A DNA stretch of 51,822 nt from Nitrospira sp. (GTDB lineage Bacteria; UBA10199; SBBF01), in contig SBBF01000083.1 of assembly GCA_005240075.1 (NCBI GenBank), forward strand, positions 1 through 51,822, in the 5' to 3' direction. This document shows positions 9,886 through 20,302 of this stretch, in pieces; position 1 is the stretch's first letter, and each line of letters starts with the position of its first letter. The notes beneath the pieces were generated by a model, which saw only the letters and a program-made list of their open reading frames with translations, was not told where the DNA came from and ran no database searches. A program made the translations under genes and the position numbers.

Positions 9886-9902
9886 AGCAAGAATCGTACC
9901 AA
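9886..9902 (-). promoter_or_regulatory. Sigma54 (-24/-12) promoter of the CSLREA surface protein gene
   Basis: Minus strand TTGGTACGATTCTTGCT matches TGGCACG-N4-TTGC with the correct GG-N10-GC spacing; AT-rich DNA upstream. Confidence 0.7.
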
Positions 9903-10016
9903 GAATCTAAATAATTTTAAAACATTATAATCATTAATTTTTTTTGATAGAAGAATCTAAAAGTTGAAAAAAAATACTCCCAAAATGATAAAATCGTCAT
10001 GAAGTTGACAGTCATC

Positions 10017-10583
10017 TTACCGCCACTCCAATTTTGAGAAGGCCTTGGGATTATGAAGTGAGATAAGAAAGCCATTTTCCAAATGATCGGTGGTGACAGG
10101 AAACCAGACAAAATAGCCCCGCGACCAAGGGGTGAGGTAGGGGTAGAAGAGCTGATTCAAGGGGGTCGGCCGCTTGATTTTTTCAATTCGTACGGGGCGG
10201 ATCATCTCGCCGCCGATTTCCAAACGGAGATCCCAGTCGGCTCTTTGGTTCATGATATCGTTAAAGTGGGGATCGTAGGAATAAAACGAAATAAAAAAGA
10301 GCGCCTCGTCCCCTCTTTTTTGATAGAGTGAATTGAGAAAATCCTCCCTTTCAACTGGAGATAGTTCATACTTCCTGGCATACAAATCAGCCTGCGATTT
10401 CAACATGCTATTGCTCAAAAAAGTAACGTCCCACAATATGTGGGCCCGAAAGTCCTTGAGGCTGTAAACCGTCCCGTTCCGGCTCCATTTTTTCAGATTT
10501 TTTTTGTAAGACCGGTCAGAAGCCTGGCCTGGCCAGGAAACAACCAACAAACAACAAAGAAAAAGAAGCCACCTGATTTTCAT
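10017..10583 (-). CDS. Hypothetical exported protein
   Basis: 188-aa ORF with N-terminal signal peptide, co-oriented 10 nt after pyrE; no recognised motif. Confidence 0.7.
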   Translation of the reverse strand: MKIRWLLFLCCLLVVSWPGQASDRSYKKNLKKWSRNGTVYSLKDFRAHILWDVTFLSNSMLKSQADLYARKYELSPVEREDFLNSLYQKRGDEALFFISFYSYDPHFNDIMNQRADWDLRLEIGGEMIRPVRIEKIKRPTPLNQLFYPYLTPWSRGYFVWFPVTTDHLENGFLISLHNPKAFSKLEWR

Positions 10584-10593
10584 AACGTTAATT

Positions 10594-11151
10594 TTACCCT
10601 ACAAGTTCGGTTTTGGTAAAAAGCGAATCAAATTGCAAGCCGGCATTTTCAATGGCTCCCCTCCCCCCCTCTTCCCGATCGACTAAAGTCAGAACAGCTC
10701 TGACAGCAAGACCTGCTTCAGTGGCTCGCTCGCAGGCTATGAGAGAACTTTTTCCCGTTGTTACCACATCTTCCAAAATCACCACTTTCATTCCTGGTTT
10801 GAAATTTTTAAACCCTTCAATCCAGAGAGCCGTTCCATGTTTTTTCGGTTCCTTTCGGATGATAAATCCGGGGAGAGGACGCTTTTTTTGAAAACTGATG
10901 ACGCTGACCGCTGTCACTAGCGGATCGGCTCCCAAAGTGGGCCCCCCCACCCCCTGAACGTCAGGAAAATTTTGCCGGATCTTTTCGAAAAGAAGCTCTC
11001 CGATGAGACTCGCCCCTTCAGGATTCAACGTGGTCTGCCGCCCATCGAAGTAAAAATTACTTTTTTGACCGGAAGAAAGAGTGACTTCGCGTTGTTCATA
11101 GGATAATTGAAGAAGGAGTTCTTTAAGACGGACTTGGCTAGGATTCGGCAT
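10594..11151 (-). CDS. pyrE: Orotate phosphoribosyltransferase
   Basis: TLSSGQKSNFYFD, GGPTLGADP, RKEPKKHG, PRPP motif VILEDVVTTG. Start moved to MPNPSQ. Confidence 0.93.
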   Translation of the reverse strand: MPNPSQVRLKELLLQLSYEQREVTLSSGQKSNFYFDGRQTTLNPEGASLIGELLFEKIRQNFPDVQGVGGPTLGADPLVTAVSVISFQKKRPLPGFIIRKEPKKHGTALWIEGFKNFKPGMKVVILEDVVTTGKSSLIACERATEAGLAVRAVLTLVDREEGGRGAIENAGLQFDSLFTKTELVG

Positions 11152-11506
11152 AAGATCTTTCTTGTCGTTCCTGCTCCTCCTTGCAACGAATGCACAGGTC
11201 GGCAACCGGCCGGGCCTCCAACCGTTTGATCTCTATTTCCTCCCCGCACGATTCGCAAATGCCAAACTCCCCTTTCTCGATTTTCTCCAGCGCCTTGTCG
11301 ACTTTCTTGAGCAAAACCCTCTCCCGATCACGAAGCCTCAAATTCATCGACTGGTCAGCCTCCGATGAGGCCAAATCAACTTCATCCGGAAGATCGTCAG
11401 GATCAAAAGCAATCCCTTTTTCCTTGGTTGATACCGCCTGCGACATGATTTCCTGCTTGCGCAGTTCCAGAAGTTCCTTGAATCTTTTGATCTCTTTTTT
11501 ATTCAT
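11138..11506 (-). CDS. dksA: RNA polymerase-binding transcription factor DksA/TraR family
   Basis: Coiled-coil tip PDEVDLAS (DxxDxA), C4 zinc finger CESC...CIRC, RLEARP. Confidence 0.88.
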   Translation of the reverse strand: MNKKEIKRFKELLELRKQEIMSQAVSTKEKGIAFDPDDLPDEVDLASSEADQSMNLRLRDRERVLLKKVDKALEKIEKGEFGICESCGEEIEIKRLEARPVADLCIRCKEEQERQERSYAES

Positions 11507-11629
11507 CGATTGGATCCCCTCCCCATGGAAGTCTTCTATTCTTTACTTTTTGGATTTTTTTTCAAGTCCAAATCCATGATTTCTTAAAATTGTTTGAGAT
11601 CTCAAGAAGTTTGCGGTAATAACCCCTGC

Positions 11630-11929
11630 ATGCCAACCCACTCTCTCACGTCAATTCAGGAAATTTTGAACAACACTTTGAATGAGATCAACTGCCAGGA
11701 AATTTTTAAAGTTTACCCCATTTGGTCCCGCTGGAAGGAGATTGTCGGCGAGGTGATTGCCGCCAAAACCGAACCTCATTATGTAAAAGGAGAGACGCTT
11801 TATGTGGCAGTCGCTCATCCTGTCTGGATGAGCGAACTACAGATTGCCAAAACAAATCTTCTGGATCGGCTAAAAGAATTAAATCTAGCAGAGGGAATTA
11901 TTGACATCAAATTCAGATTGAAAAAATAA
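11630..11929 (+). CDS. DUF721/DciA family protein
   Basis: WKEIVG..IAAKTEP...LYVAVAHPVWMSELQ...IIDIKF pattern. Start moved to ATG 11630. Confidence 0.75.
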   Translation: MPTHSLTSIQEILNNTLNEINCQEIFKVYPIWSRWKEIVGEVIAAKTEPHYVKGETLYVAVAHPVWMSELQIAKTNLLDRLKELNLAEGIIDIKFRLKK

Positions 11930-11959
11930 ATTGTGAATGCGGATTTTTGTTGAATTTGA

Positions 11960-12382
11960 TTAATTTATATAGGGATTGATGACTGTAAGGTTGCCAAAGG
12001 ACTGGCCATGCTGCATGTCTTCAGAAAGGATGTGTGAGCATTCTCCGTATTTGGCCGCACAGATGATAAGGCCATCCCAGTAAGAGATCCGATGTTCTGT
12101 TTTCAAATCAATGGCCTCCAGAATCATGGACAAATCAATTTCAACCATTTGAAAATGACTTAATAGAAGAAGCTCCTTTTTCGCCAAATCAACACTCAGC
12201 GGCTCCCTGATTTTTTGTGTCACCGTGACAAAGAACTCGCTAAAAACCTGGGTCGAGACGATAACATTTTCTTTCTTCATTCCGTCAAAAATAATTTGTT
12301 GTGATGTCTCTCTTTTTTTTCGGTCGGACTTGTCATGGGCGTAGACGAGAATATTAGTGTCAATGAAATACTTAGCGCTCAT
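11960..12382 (-). CDS. PIN-domain toxin (VapC-like)
   Basis: FIDTNILVYA, STQVFSEF, SYWDGLI, SEDMQHG. Confidence 0.88.
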   Translation of the reverse strand: MSAKYFIDTNILVYAHDKSDRKKRETSQQIIFDGMKKENVIVSTQVFSEFFVTVTQKIREPLSVDLAKKELLLLSHFQMVEIDLSMILEAIDLKTEHRISYWDGLIICAAKYGECSHILSEDMQHGQSFGNLTVINPYIN

Positions 12383-12605
12383 AAAGGTCTTCCCGTTTCC
12401 AGATCCTGGGTCCTATACTAACCTGTGAATGGGTATAAAGTTCTTTGAGGTCCTTGACCAATTTTTCCTTTGATTTATTCTTTCGGGAAACCACTGTTTC
12501 AAGGAAACGACGCACCATAGATGAAACAGTTGTCCCCTTTTCTAAAGCTACCATGCGGGCTTTTTTTAACAATTTCTCATCAATTGCCATGGTAATATTG
12601 GACAT
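12372..12605 (-). CDS. RHH antitoxin (DUF6364-like) paired with the PIN toxin
   Basis: NITMAIDEKLLKKAR..A...GTTVSSMVRRFL and C-terminal WKREDLYER; overlaps the toxin start. Confidence 0.8.
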   Translation of the reverse strand: MSNITMAIDEKLLKKARMVALEKGTTVSSMVRRFLETVVSRKNKSKEKLVKDLKELYTHSQVSIGPRIWKREDLYER

Positions 12606-12615
12606 GAAGGCGATC

Positions 12616-12667
12616 TCACATAATATGTGATACACATATTATGGAATAAGAGGGACTATGCTGTCAA
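12616..12667 (-). promoter_or_regulatory. TA promoter with overlapping operator palindromes
   Basis: Minus strand TTGACA(12667-12662)-18 nt-CATAAT(12643-12638); perfect 11-bp inverted repeat CATAATATGTG-ATA-CACATATTATG (12619-12643) and a second palindrome TCACATA-A-TATGTGA (12616-12630). Confidence 0.7.
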
Positions 12668-12703
12668 TTATTATCTCACACATCACATGATCTCACTTTT
12701 TTG

Positions 12704-15070
12704 TTAAATCGTTGGCGTGGGATGCGGCAGGTATTCGGTCAATCCCTCATTGCGAATAAAATCATCCACCAGTCCCTGAATCGCTTTGGCAGAATCCAGT
12801 TTGAGAGCCTGTCTGGCGATCGAAGTGATTTTGCTTTTCTCCAGCCGACTGACAAAACTTTTAATCTTGGAAATCAGGGGAGCGCTCATGCTGAGGCTGT
12901 CGATTCCCATTCCTAACAAAAGAACAACGCCCGCCGGTTGGGAAGCCATCTCTCCACACACCGATATCATTTTTCTTTCAGCATGAGCGGCAAAAATCGT
13001 TCGTTGAATCATCCGTAACAGGGCGGGATGAAAGGAATTAAAAAGACCGGCGACCTTGGTGTTGTTCCTGTCGACAGCCAATGTGTATTGGGTCAAGTCG
13101 TTTGTGCCAATCGAGAAAAAATCAACCTCCCGAATCAGGGAAGAAGCAATTTCGACCGAGGAAGGGACTTCAATCATCAGGCCGATCGGGATATCGGAGG
13201 CCACCGCCACATCCGCTTTCTTGAATTCGGCTTTTACATCCTGCAGAACTTCTTTTACCCACCGGATTTCATCCAGAGAGGAAATCATGGGGAAAAGAAT
13301 GCGCAGGTGCCCATAAACAGAGGCACGCAACAGGGCCCTTAACTGGATCCGAAAGAGATCCTCCCTCTCCATGAAAATCCGGATTGATCTCCATCCCAGA
13401 AAGGGATTCGCCTCCCGCGGCAGATTCAGGTAGGGAAGATATTTGTCCCCCCCAATATCCAGAACTCGGATGGTAACCGGCCGCTTCTCCATGGTTTCCA
13501 GCACTTTCCTGTAAAGGACAAATTGTTCCTCCTCGGTGGGGAGAGTTTTTCGGATAAGAAAGGGAAATTCAGTCCGGTAAAGGCCGATCTCTTCGGCGCC
13601 ATTTTCCAGGGCCATCCGGACATGAGCCAGCATTCCCAAATTGGCGCCAAAAGTGATTTTACTCCCCCCTTTGGGGCCCGCCCTTTTTTTGGCCCCTTTT
13701 CTGTAGGAAGCCATCGCCTCCCCATCAACCCGGCTTTCATGATTATAAATTTCCAGCGTCCGGTCATCCGGATTGACAATCACAATGCCGGAACTTCCAT
13801 CCAGAATAACCAGATCCCCTTCCTGAATGCTGGCCGTATAGGAAGCGAGCCCCAGAACGGCAGGGAGCCCCAGCGATTCGGCCAATATGGCAATATGAGA
13901 GGAAGCTCCTCCCGACGCGGAAAGAATTCCCTTTGTTTTTTCCAGATCCATTTCCACAAAATCAGAAATGCTCCAGAAATCAGACAAAAGAATCGAGGCT
14001 TCTTCAAGCTCCCTGTGCAAGAAACGGTTTGACTTTCCATACACGAGATAATCAGCCAATTTGCGGCCAATATCCCGGATGTCGTAGGCCCTTTCCCGGA
14101 TGTAATCATCGGTGCTCAAGTCGATCTCACCGGTAAAACGCTGGACCACCCCTTCAATGGCCCTCAACGCTTCCCTTCCCTGATCGATTTCCCGGTAAAT
14201 ATCGGTCAGAAAAGCATCGCTTTCCAGAACCGTCAGATAGGCATCGAAAATCGCCAGTTCCTCCATCCCGAATTTTTTCTGTGCTTTTTTGACTGTGTCC
14301 CGTACTTCCCTGGCGACCGCCTTAAAGGCATCGGCTACTTTTCCTTTTTCAATTTTGGCATCCACGGGACCATCAAAAACAAGAGGGGCCGAAGGGGTTG
14401 TTGTTTTAGCCATTTTGACAACGCGGGCGATAGCAATACCGGGAGAAGCTCCAATCCCCTTGTGAATAATTCCATGCCGCCTGCTGGCAATAATGCTGAT
14501 GGGACTCCCCTCTCCCCTTTCTCCTTCCCTTTTTTTGGCATCGATATCACTCAGGGTACCGAGCAACTTTACCTTTTCAATCACCTTCAAGGTGGGGCCT
14601 GCCAGCGTCATCAGCAGATTGGCTGAACGGTTGGAAAACCGGGTCGCTTTTTTGTTTTGAACCACCAGGACTCCGACAGGGGTTCGCTTGTCAATCAGCG
14701 GAACGGACAAAAATGAGGAAAACTTTTCTTCTCCCGTCTCCGGAAAATATTTGAAGAGACGGCTTTTCTTCCCGCGCGCCATGGATATTGGTTTCATCCA
14801 TTCAACTGTTTTTCCCACCAGTCCCTCCCCTATATCCATTCGGACTTTCCCCACGGCAGTCGGATTCAATCCATGGGTCGCTGCCAGAACAATTTTTTTG
14901 GTGGCCGATTCCAAAAGGTATAGAGAACAAACATCGGTTTCCATCGCCCGGGCAATTTTTTTGACAACGAGCGTCAAAACCCGATAGCTATCATCGGAGT
15001 TGTGCAACGATTCGGCAAGATCCTGAATCTCAGCCCCGGAATTAGCTGAAAAAAGGGAAAGAATTTTCAT
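12704..15070 (-). CDS. ptsP: PEP-protein phosphotransferase with N-terminal GAF domain (EI-Ntr)
   Basis: GAF (DVCSLYL...FKYFPETGEE.F.SFLSVP), phospho-His GGASSHIAILA, GLYRTEF, EANPFLGWRSIR, FFSIGTNDLTQY, CGEMA. Start at MKILSL is a guess. Confidence 0.92.
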   Translation of the reverse strand: MKILSLFSANSGAEIQDLAESLHNSDDSYRVLTLVVKKIARAMETDVCSLYLLESATKKIVLAATHGLNPTAVGKVRMDIGEGLVGKTVEWMKPISMARGKKSRLFKYFPETGEEKFSSFLSVPLIDKRTPVGVLVVQNKKATRFSNRSANLLMTLAGPTLKVIEKVKLLGTLSDIDAKKREGERGEGSPISIIASRRHGIIHKGIGASPGIAIARVVKMAKTTTPSAPLVFDGPVDAKIEKGKVADAFKAVAREVRDTVKKAQKKFGMEELAIFDAYLTVLESDAFLTDIYREIDQGREALRAIEGVVQRFTGEIDLSTDDYIRERAYDIRDIGRKLADYLVYGKSNRFLHRELEEASILLSDFWSISDFVEMDLEKTKGILSASGGASSHIAILAESLGLPAVLGLASYTASIQEGDLVILDGSSGIVIVNPDDRTLEIYNHESRVDGEAMASYRKGAKKRAGPKGGSKITFGANLGMLAHVRMALENGAEEIGLYRTEFPFLIRKTLPTEEEQFVLYRKVLETMEKRPVTIRVLDIGGDKYLPYLNLPREANPFLGWRSIRIFMEREDLFRIQLRALLRASVYGHLRILFPMISSLDEIRWVKEVLQDVKAEFKKADVAVASDIPIGLMIEVPSSVEIASSLIREVDFFSIGTNDLTQYTLAVDRNNTKVAGLFNSFHPALLRMIQRTIFAAHAERKMISVCGEMASQPAGVVLLLGMGIDSLSMSAPLISKIKSFVSRLEKSKITSIARQALKLDSAKAIQGLVDDFIRNEGLTEYLPHPTPTI

Positions 15071-15202
15071 ACCATCCCTCTTACCACGCGGTTTTGGGCT
15101 CGTAAAGCGCGTGATCAATTATCCCAATCTCCCTGACCGCGGCGTTTGTGAAGAAAAAATACTCGCCTTTTATCCATCCTTTCTTTATAAAAAAGGCTTT
15201 CC

Positions 15203-16813
15203 ATGATCATCAAGTCCCGTATCAGCACGAATTCCGAAAATTTTAAAGCCAATTACGCCCATCATTCAAAACTCTGCGAAGAATTGAAACAGAAGATAGC
15301 GCAGGTGCGACTGGGCGGGGGAAGCAAGGGGGTTACCCGCCATACCCAACGGGGAAAACTGTTTGTGAGAGACCGGATCAAACATTTAATTGATCCGGAT
15401 TCCGCTTTTTTGGAACTCTCGCCGCTCGCGGCTGACGGTTTGTACAACAACGAGGCACCTGCAGCGGGAATTATCACCGGCATTGCAAAAGTCCGGAATC
15501 GGACAATCATGATTGTAGCCAATGACGCGACGGTCAAAGGGGGAACCTATTTTCCTTTAACGGTCAAAAAACATCTGAGAGCCCAAGAAATTGCCTTTGA
15601 AAATAATCTCCCCTGCCTTTATCTGGTCGACAGTGGTGGGGCTTATCTGCCGCTTCAGTCGGAAGTTTTTCCCGACCGCGATCATTTCGGAAGGATTTTT
15701 TACAATCAAGCCCGACTTTCAGGAAGAGGAATCCCGCAAATGGCGGTCGTTCTCGGCTCTTGCACTGCCGGAGGGGCCTATGTTCCCGCCATGAGCGACG
15801 AAACGGTGATCGTCAAAAATCAGGGAACCATTTTTCTGGGGGGGCCACCGCTCGTCAAAGCGGCAACTGGAGAAGATGTAACAGCTGAAGAGTTGGGAGG
15901 GGCCGATGTCCATTGCCGTCAATCAGGGGTAACCGATCACTATGCCGATAACGACCTTCATGCATTGGAAATAGCCCGTGAGATTGTTCATTATCTTGGG
16001 CAAGAAAAAAAATCGCTCTACCAACCGTCGGCAAAACCGGAGGAACCGGCATTTCCCTCCGATGAAATTCTTGGAATTGTATCGGCTGACCTGAAAAAAC
16101 CTTATGATATTCGGGAAGTGCTGGCCCGCCTTCTGGATCGATCTGAATTTCATGAATTCAAAAAATTTTTTGGCGAAACCGTTGTTTGCGGTTTTGGTTT
16201 TTTGTACGGATTTGAAGTGGGGATTGTCGCCAACAATGGCGTTCTTTTTTCGGAATCGGCCCAAAAAACGGCCCATTTTATCCAAATTTGCGATCAACGA
16301 AAAATTCCGCTGATTTTTTTACAAAACATCACCGGTTTTATGGTGGGAAAAAAATATGAGTCGGAGGGGATTGCCAAACATGGGGCCAAGATGGTTACGG
16401 CGGTTGCTACCTGTCAAGTCCCCCGTTTGACCGTGATTGTGGGGGGGAGTTTTGGAGCGGGTAATTATGGAATGTGTGGACGGGCTTACCAGCCCCGCTT
16501 TCTTTTCAGCTGGCCCAACAGCCGGATTTCAGTAATGGGAGGGGATCAGGCAGCACAGGTTTTGTCCACAGTCAAAAAAGAACAAATGGAGAAAGAGGGA
16601 AAAAAGATTTCCAGATCGGAAATGGAAAAGATCGAAACACCGATCCGGGCAGTTTATGAACGGGAGGGCTCCCCCTATTTTGCCACCGCCCGTCTGTGGG
16701 ATGACGGGGTAATTGATCCGCGGAATACTCGAAAAATATTGGGACTGAGCCTGGAGGCCTGCCGATATGGAAATCCCAGTTTTGATGGAACGTTTGGCGT
16801 CTTTCGGATGTAA
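15203..16813 (+). CDS. liuB: 3-methylcrotonyl-CoA carboxylase beta (carboxyltransferase) subunit
   Basis: [65 protein letters not shown]. Confidence 0.92.
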   Translation: MIIKSRISTNSENFKANYAHHSKLCEELKQKIAQVRLGGGSKGVTRHTQRGKLFVRDRIKHLIDPDSAFLELSPLAADGLYNNEAPAAGIITGIAKVRNRTIMIVANDATVKGGTYFPLTVKKHLRAQEIAFENNLPCLYLVDSGGAYLPLQSEVFPDRDHFGRIFYNQARLSGRGIPQMAVVLGSCTAGGAYVPAMSDETVIVKNQGTIFLGGPPLVKAATGEDVTAEELGGADVHCRQSGVTDHYADNDLHALEIAREIVHYLGQEKKSLYQPSAKPEEPAFPSDEILGIVSADLKKPYDIREVLARLLDRSEFHEFKKFFGETVVCGFGFLYGFEVGIVANNGVLFSESAQKTAHFIQICDQRKIPLIFLQNITGFMVGKKYESEGIAKHGAKMVTAVATCQVPRLTVIVGGSFGAGNYGMCGRAYQPRFLFSWPNSRISVMGGDQAAQVLSTVKKEQMEKEGKKISRSEMEKIETPIRAVYEREGSPYFATARLWDDGVIDPRNTRKILGLSLEACRYGNPSFDGTFGVFRM

Positions 16814-16818
16814 GAAAC

Positions 16819-17598
16819 ATGGCTTGTCAAAACATCATTGCTGAAAATAAAGACCTGATTCTGTCCGTTACCCTCAACCGTCCTCAAATCAAGAATGCTT
16901 TCAATGACGAATTGATTCTGGAATTAACCGACGTTTTTGCCAAAGCCTCAAACGATCAGGATCTGCGTCTGGCGGTCATCACCGGTGCGGGGGATGCTTT
17001 TTGTTCCGGAGGAGATATTCATTGGATGAAAAAATCAGCATCTTATTCGAAACAAAAAAATGAAGACGATGCGAAAGGATTGGCCCACATGTTGACCACG
17101 ATCAATCAGTTTCCCCATCCGGTTATTACCGGGATTCAGGGAGCCTGTTTCGGCGGTGGTTTGGGATTGGTGGCTGTGAGCGATTACGTGATTGCTTCAT
17201 CCGATGCCCTTTTTAGTTTTAGTGAAGTAAAACTGGGATTGATTCCGGCGGTGATCGGTCCGTTTATAATCAACAAGATTGGTGAATCCCACACGCGGGC
17301 TCTTTTTTTGACCGCCGAACGCTTCCCAGCCGCCCGTGCTTTCGGAATGGGGCTCGTTCACCGGGTAGTCGAAAACAGGGAAAAAATGAAGGAAGTGTTG
17401 GAAGAGACCATCCAAAATATTTTATCGTTATCTCCGCGTGCTCTTCAAACTGCCAAGAAATTCATTCACGACATTAAAACGCTCTCTTTTGCGGATCAAT
17501 TGAATCTGGCCGCAAGGACGCTGGCAAATTCAAGAGCCTCAGCGGAGGGGCAAGAGGGATTGACCGCTTTCTTAGAGAAAAGGAAACCAAAGTGGTAA
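16819..17598 (+). CDS. liuC: Methylglutaconyl-CoA hydratase (enoyl-CoA hydratase family)
   Basis: LNRP..KNAF, FCSGGDIHWM, GGGLGLVA, SEVKLGLIPAVI; operon context. Confidence 0.82.
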   Translation: MACQNIIAENKDLILSVTLNRPQIKNAFNDELILELTDVFAKASNDQDLRLAVITGAGDAFCSGGDIHWMKKSASYSKQKNEDDAKGLAHMLTTINQFPHPVITGIQGACFGGGLGLVAVSDYVIASSDALFSFSEVKLGLIPAVIGPFIINKIGESHTRALFLTAERFPAARAFGMGLVHRVVENREKMKEVLEETIQNILSLSPRALQTAKKFIHDIKTLSFADQLNLAARTLANSRASAEGQEGLTAFLEKRKPKW

Positions 17599-19325
17599 AA
17601 CTCCTTGTGGCCAATCGGGGTGAAATCGCCTGCCGGATTTTTGAAACCTGTCGCGTCATGGGGATCAAAACCGTGGCTGTTTATTCAGAGGGAGACAAGA
17701 AATCTCTTCATGTTCAAATGGCCGACGAGGCTTATCCCTTGAAGGGAATAACGGCATCTGAAACTTATTTGAACAGGGGGGCCCTGCTTGAGAAGGCTTC
17801 CCAGGCAAAGGCCACTGCCCTTCATCCCGGTTACGGTTTTTTGAGTGAAAATCCCCTCTTTGCCAGCGAAGTCATCAAAAAAAAAATCATTTGGATTGGC
17901 CCCCCACCGGAATCAATCCGAAAGATGGGTTCAAAAATCGAGTCAAAAATTTTGGCCCAAAAGCTCACAATCAGGACGCTTCCCTGGAAATATGTGGAGA
18001 ATGATCAATCAGTTACCGATGCCCGGTGGAAAAAAATGGCGGATGAGATCGGTTATCCCCTTCTGATCAAGGCGGCAAGCGGCGGAGGGGGGAGAGGAAT
18101 GAGGTTGGTTCATGAGAAAAACGATTTTCTGGGCCATCTGGAATCGGCCCGGAGGGAAGCCCACAACTCGTTTGGAGAAGCAAGTGTCTTTCTTGAAAAA
18201 TTTGTTTCCGAAGGACGCCATATTGAAGTCCAGATTCTTGCTGATACAAAAGGAAGAATCGTCCACCTCTTTGATCGGGAATGTTCCGTCCAACGTCGCC
18301 ATCAAAAAATTATTGAGGAGGCCCCCGCTCCCCGTCTAAAGCAGGAGACCAGAAAGGAACTAATAAAAGCGGCATTAAAATTGGCGGAAGCAATCGAATA
18401 CGAAGGGGTGGGTACCGTTGAATTTTTGGTGGATGAAAAGGAAAAATGGTTTTTTTTGGAAATGAACACCCGGCTTCAGGTGGAACATCCGGTCACAGAA
18501 TGGATTACCGGATTGGATCTGGTAACCTGCCAGATTAAATCAGCCCTGGGAGAAAAACTAGGGTTTACCCAGGATAAAATCGGAGCTCGCGGACATGCAA
18601 TGGAATGCCGGATTTATGCCGAAAACCCCTATGAAGGCTTTATTCCCACTCCGGGGCCTGTTGAAAAACTCCGATGGCCGACAACCCGGAACTGCCGGAT
18701 AGATACGGGATTGACTGAGGGGAATGAAGTTTCCGCTCATTTCGATGCCATGGTGGCCAAATTGTCAACCTGGGGTTTGAGTCGGGAAGAAGCCCGACTC
18801 ACCATGCGGGAGGCGCTCAAAAGCACAACCCTTCTTGGATTTACGCATAACATCCCTTTTCTTCAGGAATTGATTGACAGTAAAGAACTGATTGAATCGA
18901 GGTTTACAACCTCTTTGATTGAAAAAAAGGGGGCCCATTTTTGGAATCCCAAAATCGTTCCTGAAAAAACGGTCTCGACCGGTATAGAATCAGCAAAGAT
19001 CGAAAAACCGCACAATCTTTTTGGATCGATTCGCCTGGATCAATCTTTTCACAACACTTCTTCCCGACTACCCCTACGAGCACAAAAAGAGATGGCGACT
19101 CCCCCTTTTGACGGGCTCATTCGATCTCCCTTTGCCGGTCGAGTGAGCCGGATTTTGATATCTCGGGGAGAGAAAGTCAAAACAGACACTCTCCTCATGA
19201 TTGTCGAAGCCATGAAAATGGAGTATGACGTCATCAGCCCTGTCAAAGGGGAAATTGAGGAGATCAAGGTTTCTCTGGGAGATCAAATTACTCCGGGGCA
19301 ACTCTTGATTCTGATGAAATCATGA
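17592..19325 (+). CDS. liuD: Biotin carboxylase/BCCP (methylcrotonyl-CoA carboxylase alpha subunit)
   Basis: ANRGEIA, HPGYGFLSEN, GGGGRGM, RECSVQRRHQK, EMNTRLQVEHPVTE, biotin site EAMKME. Confidence 0.88.
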   Translation: MVKLLVANRGEIACRIFETCRVMGIKTVAVYSEGDKKSLHVQMADEAYPLKGITASETYLNRGALLEKASQAKATALHPGYGFLSENPLFASEVIKKKIIWIGPPPESIRKMGSKIESKILAQKLTIRTLPWKYVENDQSVTDARWKKMADEIGYPLLIKAASGGGGRGMRLVHEKNDFLGHLESARREAHNSFGEASVFLEKFVSEGRHIEVQILADTKGRIVHLFDRECSVQRRHQKIIEEAPAPRLKQETRKELIKAALKLAEAIEYEGVGTVEFLVDEKEKWFFLEMNTRLQVEHPVTEWITGLDLVTCQIKSALGEKLGFTQDKIGARGHAMECRIYAENPYEGFIPTPGPVEKLRWPTTRNCRIDTGLTEGNEVSAHFDAMVAKLSTWGLSREEARLTMREALKSTTLLGFTHNIPFLQELIDSKELIESRFTTSLIEKKGAHFWNPKIVPEKTVSTGIESAKIEKPHNLFGSIRLDQSFHNTSSRLPLRAQKEMATPPFDGLIRSPFAGRVSRILISRGEKVKTDTLLMIVEAMKMEYDVISPVKGEIEEIKVSLGDQITPGQLLILMKS

Positions 19326-20302
19326 AAATATCAATCATGGAAGTGGGGCCTCGAGACGGTCTGCAAAACGTCCCCGAACTTCTGACCGTTGACCAGAAAA
19401 AGGGACTAATCCGGTTTTTGCTCGATCAGGGATTACCCGATATCGAAGGGGGAGCTTTTGTTCGAGCCGATAAAGTTCCTCAAATGGCCGATACCGATCA
19501 GATAGCCAAACATTTCGAATCGGCCTCTCCTCTCTGGTATCTCGTTCCCAATTTGAAAGGATTGGAGACAGCCCTCTCCCTTCAGGTTCGGCAGATTGCT
19601 TTTTTTACAGCTACGAGTGATCAGTTCAATCAAAAAAATATCGGAATGAATACTCAAGAAAGTATAGATAATATCAGTGCTTGTATTCAATTTATTAAAT
19701 CAAAAGGTTATCATGTAGAAACCGACTGGGAAAAACCGGTTCTTGATTCAAAAAAAATCAAACTTCGCCTGTATATTTCGACTGTCATTGTCTCTCCGTA
19801 CGAGGGAGCAATATCCCCTTCTCAAACAACCAAAATTATCAATGCACTTCTGCCGCTGGGAATCAGCCAGGTTTCTTTGGGAGATACGATTGGGGTGGGA
19901 GTGCCGGCTGACTGGAAAAAACTCCTTCGGGAAATTGATCTTTTTGATTCATCGCTGATTTCAAAAAATCGGATCGCCATGCACTGTCACAATACTTATG
20001 GAACGGCCTTGGCTTGCGCGGCCTTGGGTCTGGAATGGGGGGTCCAAACATTCGACTCCAGCGTCGGGGGATTAGGGGGATGCCCTTTCGCACCGGGAGC
20101 GAGCGGCAACCTGGCAACGGAGGATTTGATTTATTTTCTGGAACGTCAAGGGGTCCAAACCGGAGTGAATCTGGAATCTTTATTGGAACTTTTTGACCCT
20201 TCCCGAACGGGAAGTCTGGTCAACCGGTCTTCAGTTTTTCTTGCTCTTGGCCATAGATCCCGGCGCCATCAATCGCCGCAATCAGATCATCCGAAGTCCT
20301 AA
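19322..20302 (+). CDS. liuE: Hydroxymethylglutaryl-CoA lyase
   Basis: EVGPRDGLQN, SLGDTIG, HCHNTYG, GGLGGCPFAPGASGNLATED. Confidence 0.92.
   Translation: MKISIMEVGPRDGLQNVPELLTVDQKKGLIRFLLDQGLPDIEGGAFVRADKVPQMADTDQIAKHFESASPLWYLVPNLKGLETALSLQVRQIAFFTATSDQFNQKNIGMNTQESIDNISACIQFIKSKGYHVETDWEKPVLDSKKIKLRLYISTVIVSPYEGAISPSQTTKIINALLPLGISQVSLGDTIGVGVPADWKKLLREIDLFDSSLISKNRIAMHCHNTYGTALACAALGLEWGVQTFDSSVGGLGGCPFAPGASGNLATEDLIYFLERQGVQTGVNLESLLELFDPSRTGSLVNRSSVFLALGHRSRRHQSPQSDHPKS

Noticed and set aside
11594-11605. Palindrome TTGAGATCTCAA between dksA and the DciA-like gene
   Set aside because: Single occurrence with no assignable factor; too weak to call.
15085-15113. CACGCG...CGCGTG stem upstream of ptsP
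   Set aside because: A short stem with no further support; could arise by chance.
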